Of a DNA stretch of 64,000 bases, positions 9,548-18,542 are shown piece after piece. The stretch is from an uncultured Bacteriovoracaceae bacterium (GTDB lineage Bacteria; Bdellovibrionota; Bacteriovoracia; Bacteriovoracales; Bacteriovoracaceae): NCBI GenBank assembly GCA_964012805.1, contig CAXGUD010000008.1:60067-124066 (forward strand). Direction: 5' to 3'. The notes under the pieces were generated by a model. That model had not been told where the DNA came from. It saw only the letters and a list, made by a program, of their open reading frames with translations, and did no database searches. Position numbers and translations under genes: made by a program. Positions within the stretch are counted from its first letter, which is position 1. The number at the start of each line of letters is the position of its first letter.

Positions 9548-10777
9548 TTGGAGCATTTTTTAGGTTGGTTGCAAGGTAATTTACTAACTGTTTTTTCAGT
9601 GGGTGTTACCTTGGTCCTGATTTATCATTATTTAATTGAGAAGGAAAATAGCGTTAAGCTTTCTAAGCGCTATCGAAGTAGTATTTTTGAGGCACAATCT
9701 CAGATTTTTTTGAATGCTTCACATTATCTAATTTCGGGTAATAAAGACCTTGCAATTAAAGAGTTTTTGAATGCTGTTGATCTTAATAGAGAAACGGTAG
9801 AAACCTATTTTGCTTTGGGAGAACTTTTTAGGAGTAATGGTGAGATAGAAAAGGCCATAAGTGTCCACAGGTCTTTGATAGCGAAGGAGTCTATGAACGA
9901 ACAAATGAGACTTCGTGCACTTAAAGAGCTTGCAAAAGACTTTGATAAGGGAGGTTTTGTTGATAAGGCCATCGAGACTTATAAAGATGTTCTAAAGATT
10001 AACCGAGACCAAGAAGAAATAATCCTCTCTTTGTGCCGGATCTATGAGGATATTGAAGAGTGGGAGCAAGCTTTAAACTACCGGATACTTCTTTCAAAAA
10101 TAGGTAGAAAAAACCAGTCAGAGACTATTTCCCATATTCTCGTTCAAAAAGCTAAAAGCCACCTTGAAAAGGGTGATATAAGCCAATGTAATGAAGATTT
10201 AGAATTGGCTTTTCGGTATGCACCTTCTGTTTCTGCAAAAATTTTGAGGCTAAAGCTCTATTTAATTGGGGGCCATATAGATTTAGCGAAATCTCTTTTT
10301 TTTGAATTACTTCAGGAAAATCCAATATACTCGTCATTTATTTTTGTATCCTTGGAAGAGGGAGTTAAAACGAAGGGATTTAAACAAAACCACTATAGAG
10401 AGTGCCTTAAACTTATTTGGGAGTTTTTTCTTAAAATTAAAGACAATGATCTAACCCCTTCTCCATCTGTTATCTTGTCCAAAGTCAGGCTTCTGAAAGA
10501 GAAAGATCAATTTGATAATGCTTATGAAATATTAAAAGCGAGCTTTAAATCTGAGGAGAATCAATCTCAGGTCATGAAAATTGAGTATTTAAAGCTTCTT
10601 ATGGACCTGGGTAAAAATGAAGAGTTTTTAGTGGAGGTTAAATCCTTTTTTGATAGTCTTCAACAATCATTAACAAGACACTTTTGTAAAAAATGTGGAT
10701 ATAATTCTGACAATGTTTTTTGGCGTTGCCCTCAATGCCATGAATGGGAGACGATACAATTTAGATGGAAAATTTAG
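9548..10777 (+). CDS. lapB: lipopolysaccharide assembly protein B-like TPR protein
   Basis: N-terminal TM, TPRs (ALGELFRSNGEIEKAISVHRSL) and C-terminal rubredoxin motif CKKCG...WRCPQCHEW. Confidence 0.85.
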   Translation: MEHFLGWLQGNLLTVFSVGVTLVLIYHYLIEKENSVKLSKRYRSSIFEAQSQIFLNASHYLISGNKDLAIKEFLNAVDLNRETVETYFALGELFRSNGEIEKAISVHRSLIAKESMNEQMRLRALKELAKDFDKGGFVDKAIETYKDVLKINRDQEEIILSLCRIYEDIEEWEQALNYRILLSKIGRKNQSETISHILVQKAKSHLEKGDISQCNEDLELAFRYAPSVSAKILRLKLYLIGGHIDLAKSLFFELLQENPIYSSFIFVSLEEGVKTKGFKQNHYRECLKLIWEFFLKIKDNDLTPSPSVILSKVRLLKEKDQFDNAYEILKASFKSEENQSQVMKIEYLKLLMDLGKNEEFLVEVKSFFDSLQQSLTRHFCKKCGYNSDNVFWRCPQCHEWETIQFRWKI

Positions 10778-10790
10778 TAGGACGTTAAGG

Positions 10791-11159
10791 ATGATAAAAG
10801 TTTTAATGATTCTTCTTTCTCTTTTTACCTATGAAACGAAAGCTGATGATTTTTTTATAAAGAAAAATTTTGTCATATTAGGTCAAAATCCCGTACCTAG
10901 TACGAACCCCATTAGTATTTTAAGTTGTGGTAATAAGGTGACAGTTATCCCTCGAAAAAATCAAATATCAAAAAAATGGAGCTTTGTTAGAGTCGGTTCT
11001 TTTGAAGGCTACATAAAAGAACAATTTTTAGCGAAGAAAAAACCACAATGTTTCGAAGATAGATTTCCAAAATTTCATAATAGCTTTAGAATAAAATTAT
11101 CAGAGATGTATTACTGGGCAAGGTTAAATCATCAGATTCTGGAAAATAGCCCTGAGTGA
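10791..11159 (+). CDS. secreted SH3-like domain protein
   Basis: Probable ATG at 10791 gives a signal peptide; ILSCGNKVTVI...WSFVRVGSFEGYIKEQFL matches the bacterial SH3 pattern. Confidence 0.6.
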   Translation: MIKVLMILLSLFTYETKADDFFIKKNFVILGQNPVPSTNPISILSCGNKVTVIPRKNQISKKWSFVRVGSFEGYIKEQFLAKKKPQCFEDRFPKFHNSFRIKLSEMYYWARLNHQILENSPE

Positions 11160-11172
11160 GGCAAGGTTTGAA

Positions 11173-12063
11173 ATGATAGGCTTTTTGAAAAAAATTTCTT
11201 TACTCACAGTATTTCTTTTCTCTTCTATAGAGGTCTTTGGTCAAGAAAAGACTCTCGATGAAAAAAAGGCTGAATTATTGGACTTTCAGTCTATAAGAAA
11301 CATTTTAAAAAATGACAGTTTAGAAAAGATCGTAGAAAAAAAGAGAAAGGCGTTAGCAAATACAGTAGTTAAAAAAGAGAAAAAGATAGAGAAATCATTC
11401 TTGGTTCCAACAGAAGATGAAATATGGAATTTTATCTCTGAGTATTGGATTGTTTTGAATGCTCAAAAGCTAAAATGGGACTTTAAAAAACCTCACTACG
11501 GTGTTGTGAGTCATTTTGAGGCGTTTTTAGAGAAAATGGGTTTTTTGGAAAAAAAATTTAAAATACTCATTTTAGATACGTCTTTAGTGACTCATTTTTC
11601 TCTTCCTGCAAACAAAAACCACTCCTTGTTTTTATTATCTTTGCCATTTATGAGGACTCTTGATCTTACAAAACAAGAGATTTCAGTTCTTCTTTTCGAA
11701 GATTTTATAAGGTTGAATAAAGGTTATTTTCGAGATTTTGTAAGTTTGAAAGAGTTTAAAGCTTTATTGGGTTCTAATTTTAAGAAGGGAAAGCTAAAGA
11801 CAGAAAGCTTTTTCAAAGTTCATAAAAGATTTGATCAATTTATTTTCAATAAAGGCTTCAGCTTTCAGCAACAATTTCTTGTAACTAAAGAGGTAGCTAG
11901 GCTTTTAAAAGGTCACCCAGAATACTTGTCAGTATATATGAACCTTTTGAAAAAGATTGATTATCTTATAAAAACAAGGAAGGAGTATAAATCCTATGTG
12001 AATATATATCCTTCACCAGAATTGCAACTTAACTGGTTAAAAAGTGAAAACTCTAAGATATAA
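11173..12063 (+). CDS. secreted hypothetical protein (possible degenerate M48 peptidase fold)
   Basis: Signal peptide; LTKQEISVLLFEDF and YPSPELQL align positionally with M48 motifs, but HExxH is absent. Confidence 0.55.
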   Translation: MIGFLKKISLLTVFLFSSIEVFGQEKTLDEKKAELLDFQSIRNILKNDSLEKIVEKKRKALANTVVKKEKKIEKSFLVPTEDEIWNFISEYWIVLNAQKLKWDFKKPHYGVVSHFEAFLEKMGFLEKKFKILILDTSLVTHFSLPANKNHSLFLLSLPFMRTLDLTKQEISVLLFEDFIRLNKGYFRDFVSLKEFKALLGSNFKKGKLKTESFFKVHKRFDQFIFNKGFSFQQQFLVTKEVARLLKGHPEYLSVYMNLLKKIDYLIKTRKEYKSYVNIYPSPELQLNWLKSENSKI

Positions 12064-12066
12064 ATT

Positions 12067-12939
12067 ATGACGACAGAAGCAAAAAATAATATTCTTATAA
12101 ATTTCATATATTACTTATTTTTTAATATTTTGGTTTGGTTTACTCACCTATTCTTTATTTCGGTATTTACATTCTTTCACTTTATTTTGGACCATCCAGT
12201 AAACGTGATAGAGAACTGGATATATTATAATGGCTGGGAGGTGATAGCTATCACAAAGATAGTTGCTTTTCTTATTGTTTTAAAGTTTGTTAATTTGAAG
12301 AGCTTCTCAAAAGAGCCACTAAGAGACATGATAGTAGAGGGCTTTGTCTTACCGAGAAAAGAGTTTTTAGTTGTTATAATCTTTTTTATAACATCTGTTA
12401 TTTTTTTGGGTAATCCTCTCGCCGTGGGTGGTCCAGACTTTAATTTTGGTAAAACTGTTTTTTCTTTTTTTTGTTTTTTATTATTTTTTCTAATTGATAT
12501 TTTCACTCTTAACTCAATAGAAAGAGTCTATCCCATAAAGCCAAGCCATTCCATTATAAAACCTTTGGTAATGCCCTTAATTTTCATGTTGTTTACAAAG
12601 TTTTCCTTTGGGTTAATTTTAGATGTAACGACATCAAATCAAACTATTGTAGGTAAAGGAATTTATCTTATTTTTTATATACACTTTTTCTTTATTTTAT
12701 TTTTAGATTACTTGGAAGGAATGAATTGGAGTTATGCATTTATATACTTGTTTACGTTTGCCGCACCTCTAAACTCACTTTTTGGTTTTGATCCTGTTTG
12801 GGGTGAGAATTTTTCATTATACAAAATGAGAAGCACATTTTCTCTTCTTGATATTTCTCTTTTATTTTTAGTTGGTTTTGTTTACTTATTTTTAAAGAGA
12901 AAGAAAGAGAGAGAGGCACATTCAACTTATCAGGGATAA
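12067..12939 (+). CDS. polytopic membrane protein of unknown function
   Basis: About 8 hydrophobic segments; in operon upstream of tolQ. Confidence 0.75.
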   Translation: MTTEAKNNILINFIYYLFFNILVWFTHLFFISVFTFFHFILDHPVNVIENWIYYNGWEVIAITKIVAFLIVLKFVNLKSFSKEPLRDMIVEGFVLPRKEFLVVIIFFITSVIFLGNPLAVGGPDFNFGKTVFSFFCFLLFFLIDIFTLNSIERVYPIKPSHSIIKPLVMPLIFMLFTKFSFGLILDVTTSNQTIVGKGIYLIFYIHFFFILFLDYLEGMNWSYAFIYLFTFAAPLNSLFGFDPVWGENFSLYKMRSTFSLLDISLLFLVGFVYLFLKRKKEREAHSTYQG

Positions 12940-12957
12940 AAAAGGAGATGAGATAAA

Positions 12958-13647
12958 ATGTCATCTGTAGAAATGGATATTTTCAAAATTATTTTAGAAT
13001 CTGGATTAGTCGTAAAATCTGTATTCATTATTCTTGTTCTTTCTTCAATTATCTCCTGGAGTATAATTTTGAAGAAGAAAAGGCTTTTGTCTCAATTAAG
13101 AGATAATGACTTGGAGTTTTTAGATGTTTTTAACCAATCGAAATCACTAAAAGAAATTATGTATAAGGCAGAGTTGATGGACTTTTCACCTTCAAGGGCC
13201 ATTTTTATTGAGGGCTATAACGAGTTAAATAAAATTTTAGATGTTTCAGATAGGAGTCATTTCAATACCTATGGTTTTAGTTCCATTGAAAGGTCTATTG
13301 AAAATGGGATGAATGAATCAAACAAAAGATTAGAGGCTTTGCTCTCTACATTGGCGAGTATTGGTTCTGTGTCCCCTTTTATTGGGCTTTTTGGAACTGT
13401 ATGGGGAATAATAAACTCTTTTACAGGCTTGGCTGGAGGAGGTGGTAGTTTAGAGAGGGTTGCTCCTGGGATTGCGGAAGCCTTGGTTGCAACTGCTGTG
13501 GGTTTAGCCGCAGCTATACCTGCCGTTTGGTTTTACAATTACTTTACCAAGGAGAATGCTAATGCAAGGGGTGAGATGGAAAACTTTGGTAGAGATTTTT
13601 TAAATTTAATTGAGAGGACTCTTTCTAGTAAAGGGCGTAAAAATTAG
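12958..13647 (+). CDS. tolQ: TolQ (MotA/TolQ/ExbB family)
   Basis: LASIGSVSPFIGLFGTVWGI and VAPGIAEALVATAVGLAAAIPAV. Confidence 0.92.
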   Translation: MSSVEMDIFKIILESGLVVKSVFIILVLSSIISWSIILKKKRLLSQLRDNDLEFLDVFNQSKSLKEIMYKAELMDFSPSRAIFIEGYNELNKILDVSDRSHFNTYGFSSIERSIENGMNESNKRLEALLSTLASIGSVSPFIGLFGTVWGIINSFTGLAGGGGSLERVAPGIAEALVATAVGLAAAIPAVWFYNYFTKENANARGEMENFGRDFLNLIERTLSSKGRKN

Positions 13648-13673
13648 TAATTTTAAAAAGTGAGTGGAATCAA

Positions 13674-14090
13674 ATGGGATTTGGGGGAAATAAAAGAAAT
13701 CAAATGATGTCTGAAATTAATGTGACACCTTTGGTTGATGTAATGCTCGTACTTCTTATCATTTTTATGATCACAACTCCCTTGATGCTAAATGATATAA
13801 AGCTGAAATTACCAAAAACGAAAAGAGTAAGTTCCTTAAGTTTAAGTAAAGAGCAAATTATTGTTTCAATTACAAGATCTGGTAACTTCTATTTGGGAAA
13901 ACTTCCTATCCAGAGAAGTAGACTACTTACTGAGGTCCAAAAGTCTCTAGAGAAAACAAAAGCAAAGAATGTTTTTATAAGAGGTGATTATGGACTCAAG
14001 TATGGTGTCATAGCCCAGGCAATGAGTGATTTAAAATCAGGAGGGATTTCAAATATTTCATTAGTAACAGAAATAGAAAAAAAGAGATAG
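13674..14090 (+). CDS. tolR: TolR/ExbD
   Basis: SEINVTPLVDVMLVLLIIFMIT; located between tolQ and tolA. Confidence 0.9.
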   Translation: MGFGGNKRNQMMSEINVTPLVDVMLVLLIIFMITTPLMLNDIKLKLPKTKRVSSLSLSKEQIIVSITRSGNFYLGKLPIQRSRLLTEVQKSLEKTKAKNVFIRGDYGLKYGVIAQAMSDLKSGGISNISLVTEIEKKR

Positions 14091-14100
14091 GTCTTCTAGA

Positions 14101-15075
14101 ATGAATGGATCAGTAACATTAGACTTTAAAGATGAGTTAGCTGAAGAGGAAGGATTATTAGGCAACTTTTTTTACATTTCTTGTCTTTCGCATATAGCGG
14201 TGGTCGTTTTATTTTATTTATATAATTCATCTTTTTTTAGATTCAAGGAAAAAGATCAGAGTCTAATGAAGTCTTTCGTTCGAGTGGATGTTGTTTCAAT
14301 GCCGACTTTGACTATTAAGGAGCTTAAATCACTAAAGCTGGATAGAAACTTTAAAAAAAGTAAGGCGAAAGATTTAAATAGAACTGAAAGCAAACCTAAA
14401 GTTAAAGAGTTTAAAGCCCATAATAGTGTTCAAAAAGGAATTCCTAGTAAGGTTGAGAAATTAAAAGATGATTTGATTTTTAAAGAAAAGTCTAAGGCAA
14501 AGCTTAAGGAGTCCAGCAAAAAGATTAAGGAGAGAAAAGTAGATATAGTGGAAAGAATTTCAGAAACACCAAAGGATAATGTTTTAGATTTAATAAAAAA
14601 TCTAGGTACAAAGAAGGTAAAGGTTTTAAAAAGATCAAGAAAAAGGGAAAAAACAAATAACGGGTTGGGCGTAAATTTAGGTCGAAAAAATTCTAAAATT
14701 ATAAAAAACCTTTTGATTGAAGGAAATAAAATAAGCAAGGGTGAAAACCTTATTGAGGGTAAGACTTTATTAAGAGAGGAAGAGACCCTTCAAATTATAA
14801 ATGATTATATTTCAAGGGTAAGGCAGTCGGTAAGATCTTATTGGAAATTACCAGAATATCTTAAGGAAAATAAGGAATATCGTTGTAGAATCCAAATATT
14901 TATTTCTGACGATGGAAGCTTGATGAGTCTTAACGTTATAGAAAGAAGTGGTAATGAAGAATTTGATAAAAGGGCTTTGCAAACTGTTGAAATGGCTGCA
15001 CCTTTCCCACCAGTAGATCCTTTGATTAGAAAAAGAGTTTTGAATGGAGACCTAATATTGGGTTTCCCACTTTAG
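14101..15075 (+). CDS. tolA: TolA/TonB-family energy transducer
   Basis: TM with SHxxxV motif, Lys-rich linker, C-terminal RSGNEEFDKRALQTVEMAAPFPP domain. Confidence 0.8.
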   Translation: MNGSVTLDFKDELAEEEGLLGNFFYISCLSHIAVVVLFYLYNSSFFRFKEKDQSLMKSFVRVDVVSMPTLTIKELKSLKLDRNFKKSKAKDLNRTESKPKVKEFKAHNSVQKGIPSKVEKLKDDLIFKEKSKAKLKESSKKIKERKVDIVERISETPKDNVLDLIKNLGTKKVKVLKRSRKREKTNNGLGVNLGRKNSKIIKNLLIEGNKISKGENLIEGKTLLREEETLQIINDYISRVRQSVRSYWKLPEYLKENKEYRCRIQIFISDDGSLMSLNVIERSGNEEFDKRALQTVEMAAPFPPVDPLIRKRVLNGDLILGFPL

Positions 15076-15091
15076 CTTCCAAAGAGGTAAT

Positions 15092-16456
15092 TTGATGAAA
15101 AATACTCTATTGCTCAGTTTTGTTTTTTTATTTTTCCCTTTTGGACTTAGTTGGGCTTCAAATGGTCAAATGATTATTGAAATTGGAGAGGCTGCTTTAG
15201 ATAAAAAGAAAATTATTTTTCAAAGACCTTATTTAGCTGAGAAGTTTGATGTCTTTGAAGCAAAATTAATTAAAGAATTTCATTCTATTTTTTCAAATGA
15301 TTTTAGCTTTTATAAAAAAAAGTTTTTTATTATCGACCCAAAAAATGAACCAGTTTCTGATTTTGATGATAAAAACTTTGAATTATGGACCAATAGGCAA
15401 TTCAAGTTTATTACCCGTTATTTATTCACAAAAAATATAAAAAAAGGTGCGATAAACTTTAAGGTGGAGCTTATTGATACTTACAATAAAGAAATTCTTT
15501 TAAGCGAGAAAGGGCATTTCTTTTCTAGAAACCTTAGAGAAAAAGCTCACGCATTAACTGATTTGATTTTTCAAAAGATAGAGAAGACTCCTTCTATTTT
15601 CAGGTCAAAAATTATTTTTGTTTCAGATATGATGTCAAAAGGCAGAAGAAAAATTAAGGAGCTTTTTAGTGTAGATTTCGATGGAAGAAACTTAAAAAGG
15701 TTAACTCACCACAAAGGCATTGTTATCTCTCCTTCGGTTTCCTCTGATGGGAAAAAAGTTCTTTACACCCTAATAAGAACGGGTAAAGGTCGTAAAAATC
15801 TTAATTTGTATTCTATGAACTTAAAAAACCGCAGACATAGAATCATTAGCTCCAGAAAAGGAATAAATTCTGGTGCGATATTCACTTCTGATGGTCGTAA
15901 AATTATTCTTACCTTGAGCCATACGGGCAATGCTGAAATCTATGAAATTAATTTATCCAACCAGAGGTTGCGGAAAATAACACATCACTTTGGAGTTGAC
16001 GTAGACCCGGATCTTTCAAAGGATGGGAAAGTCCTAACCTTTTTATCGAGTAGATCAGGAAAGGCCATGATTTATCTTGCAGACCCATCTGGAAAAGAGA
16101 AAAACGTAAAAAGGATAGGCTTTGTTGGACAATTCAATGCAACACCAAGGTTTTCTCCAGGAGGAAATGAAATAGTTTTCTCTTCTTGGATGGACAATAG
16201 CTTTGATATTTTTAAAATAAAAAAAGATGGCAGCCAAATTTATAGATTAACAAAAAACTTTGGGTCTAATGAAGAGCCGACCTTTTCTCCGGATGGAGAG
16301 TTTATAGCATTCAGCTCTTTGAAACTCAGAAAAAGGAAGAGATTATCTGTCCAAAATATATACATTATGGACAGAGATGGAGGAATAAAAGGACAGATAA
16401 CGAGTAATATTGGCTACTGTACAACTCCTAGATGGTATAACCCCCCGAAAATTTGA
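15092..16456 (+). CDS. tolB: TolB beta-propeller protein
   Basis: Signal peptide; PD40 repeats (SPSVSSDGKK, PRFSPGGNEIVF, EEPTFSPDGEFIAF); tol operon context. Confidence 0.9.
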   Translation: MMKNTLLLSFVFLFFPFGLSWASNGQMIIEIGEAALDKKKIIFQRPYLAEKFDVFEAKLIKEFHSIFSNDFSFYKKKFFIIDPKNEPVSDFDDKNFELWTNRQFKFITRYLFTKNIKKGAINFKVELIDTYNKEILLSEKGHFFSRNLREKAHALTDLIFQKIEKTPSIFRSKIIFVSDMMSKGRRKIKELFSVDFDGRNLKRLTHHKGIVISPSVSSDGKKVLYTLIRTGKGRKNLNLYSMNLKNRRHRIISSRKGINSGAIFTSDGRKIILTLSHTGNAEIYEINLSNQRLRKITHHFGVDVDPDLSKDGKVLTFLSSRSGKAMIYLADPSGKEKNVKRIGFVGQFNATPRFSPGGNEIVFSSWMDNSFDIFKIKKDGSQIYRLTKNFGSNEEPTFSPDGEFIAFSSLKLRKRKRLSVQNIYIMDRDGGIKGQITSNIGYCTTPRWYNPPKI

Positions 16457-16560
16457 GCTTTGTGTCAAAAAAGTGATCACTTGAGTCTTTTTGTCTTGTA
16501 AAAAATACTGACACGTTGTATTATTTACAAATACTGCATCGCGCACCGTAAGGAGAAAGG

Positions 16561-18117
16561 ATGAAGGATCAATTAAATAAAAATTATTTCAGCTTAGAGA
16601 ACCTCGAATCATTTTTATTTTCCACTTTGGACGAAAAAGTTTTTTTTGAAAAACTATCATCCTTTTTAATTCAAGAAATAAAAGTCGATAGGGTTCTTTC
16701 TTATTATCTTCAAGATGGTGGGGAAACTCTTAAACTGATCGCTGCAGCGGGGAAAAAAGGAAGAGAGCCAAAGCCAACTCTTGTTAATCAAGGAGCTGGT
16801 GCTTGTGTAATTAGAACGAAGAAGCCTTATTTTTCTAATAATGTTTCTAGAGACCCAGTTTTTTGTAGTGAGTTGAAGGAAGGACTTGCTTCTGAATTAT
16901 GTGTGCCAGTACTTCACGAAGGGGTTGTTATGGCGACACTTCACTTTCAAAATTTTTCGAAAGGCTTCTCTTTTGATGAAGAATGTCTTTCTTCAGTAAA
17001 TGAAATTATTCGAAAAATAAGCAAGCCTCTTTCAAATATGAAAATGTATTTAACTGCTAAGCTTTTGAATGAATCTCTTTTAAAGAAAATTGAAATTCAG
17101 GAAAAGAAAATTCAGGACAAAGATAGCAGCCAGGTAAGCAATCCCTTATTTAAGGCAGAGGATAAAAAAATAATTGCAAACTCTGATAAAATGTTAAAAG
17201 TTCTGAGTTTGGCAGAAAAACTATCTTATACTGATATTAACTTTCTTATTAAAGGTGAGAAAGGTACGGGTAAAGAGTCAGTCGCGAAAAGAGTTCATTG
17301 TAAAAGCTCAAGAAAAGAAAAGCCGTTTGTTACCGTTGACTGTAGCTCTTTAAGCTCACTTGATTTAAATAATAGGTTGTTTGGGCTGGATAAGCCTAAG
17401 GGCGAAAAAGGGAATAGTTTCCAAAAGGGACTTCTTGAAATCGCCGACGGTGGAACTCTTCTCCTCAAAAACGTTGAAAGATTAGATGAGGATATTCAAT
17501 GCAAACTCAGTCACTTTTTGAAAGAAAAAATGGCTTATCGTATAAACGGAAGGTCACCTTTTTCATCAAATGTTAGAGTTATTGCAACGACTAATATAGA
17601 TTTAGACCAAGAAGTTTTTTCTAAGCAAACCTTTAAAGAAGACTTGTTCTATAAATTGAACACGTTTACTCTTGAAGTTCCAAGCTTGAAGGAAAGAAAA
17701 GAAGACCTGCCTTCATTAGTAGGACATTTTCTGTCTACAAAAGAGTTTATGGTAAACGGGGAAGAAAAATCCTTGTCTCCAAGAGCAATGAGCAAGCTAG
17801 CTCAACATATTTGGCCAGGTAATGTATCTGAGCTCCAAAGTGTATTAAAGAAGAGTATTTTGATGACTCAAAGCGGTATAGTCGAAATCTCTCACCTCCC
17901 TGAATTGGCAACGATGGACATAGATTTAGAGGATAAGGATAAGGAAGAAGAAGTATTCGTAGAAATGACTTTAGGTGATCTTGAAAAGAAGCATATTTGT
18001 AGAACTCTGAGCTTTCTAGGCGGTAATAAAACAAAGACAGCAAAAACTTTGGGAATTACTGTAAAGACTCTTTATAACAAGCTGCATAGCTATGGAATGA
18101 TTACTTCGCAGAGTTAA
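16561..18117 (+). CDS. GAF-AAA-Fis sigma54-activator-like regulator with degenerate motifs
   Basis: GAF (SELCVPV), Walker A GEKGTGKE, WPGNV, C-terminal HTH GNKTKTAKTLGITVKTLYNKL. Confidence 0.88.
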   Translation: MKDQLNKNYFSLENLESFLFSTLDEKVFFEKLSSFLIQEIKVDRVLSYYLQDGGETLKLIAAAGKKGREPKPTLVNQGAGACVIRTKKPYFSNNVSRDPVFCSELKEGLASELCVPVLHEGVVMATLHFQNFSKGFSFDEECLSSVNEIIRKISKPLSNMKMYLTAKLLNESLLKKIEIQEKKIQDKDSSQVSNPLFKAEDKKIIANSDKMLKVLSLAEKLSYTDINFLIKGEKGTGKESVAKRVHCKSSRKEKPFVTVDCSSLSSLDLNNRLFGLDKPKGEKGNSFQKGLLEIADGGTLLLKNVERLDEDIQCKLSHFLKEKMAYRINGRSPFSSNVRVIATTNIDLDQEVFSKQTFKEDLFYKLNTFTLEVPSLKERKEDLPSLVGHFLSTKEFMVNGEEKSLSPRAMSKLAQHIWPGNVSELQSVLKKSILMTQSGIVEISHLPELATMDIDLEDKDKEEEVFVEMTLGDLEKKHICRTLSFLGGNKTKTAKTLGITVKTLYNKLHSYGMITSQS

Positions 18118-18183
18118 ATGGAATGAATGAAAAAAAAACTTTATAATCTTGTTTTAAAATTATAAGACTAAGGGAGATAAATA

Positions 18184-18399
18184 ATGAGCGAGGAATTAAT
18201 GTTAGAGGAAAATAAAGAAAAGAAAACTCCCCAGGAAAACTTCATTACGCTTAGAAATTTTAGAAAGTCACCAGAAGTTGAAAATTTCTACAGGTTCATA
18301 AGTGAAAACGATTTGAGAAGGGAAGCTCAGATGATCTTAGAGGTTATCACTTCAAAAATAGCTCAAAAAAAGAAGAAGAAATCAAGAAAGATCCAATAA
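18184..18399 (+). CDS. small hypothetical protein
   Basis: 71 aa with AGGGAG RBS and basic C-terminus. Confidence 0.75.
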   Translation: MSEELMLEENKEKKTPQENFITLRNFRKSPEVENFYRFISENDLRREAQMILEVITSKIAQKKKKKSRKIQ

Positions 18400-18422
18400 A
18401 AAATACAAAAAGACACCCAATA

Positions 18423-18459
18423 AAGAAGGCTCTGTTAATAAACCTTTCCGAGTCTTCTT
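18423..18459 (+). terminator. possible terminator hairpin
   Basis: AAGAAGGCTC...GAGTCTTCTT inverted repeat after the small ORF; long loop and weak U-tract. Confidence 0.35.
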
Positions 18460-18542
18460 CTCATGCATTTTATAATTGTCCTATCTTAACTGGTAAAAAA
18501 TAAAACTAAACTATTGAGTTGTTATAGACGAAAGAGCAACGT

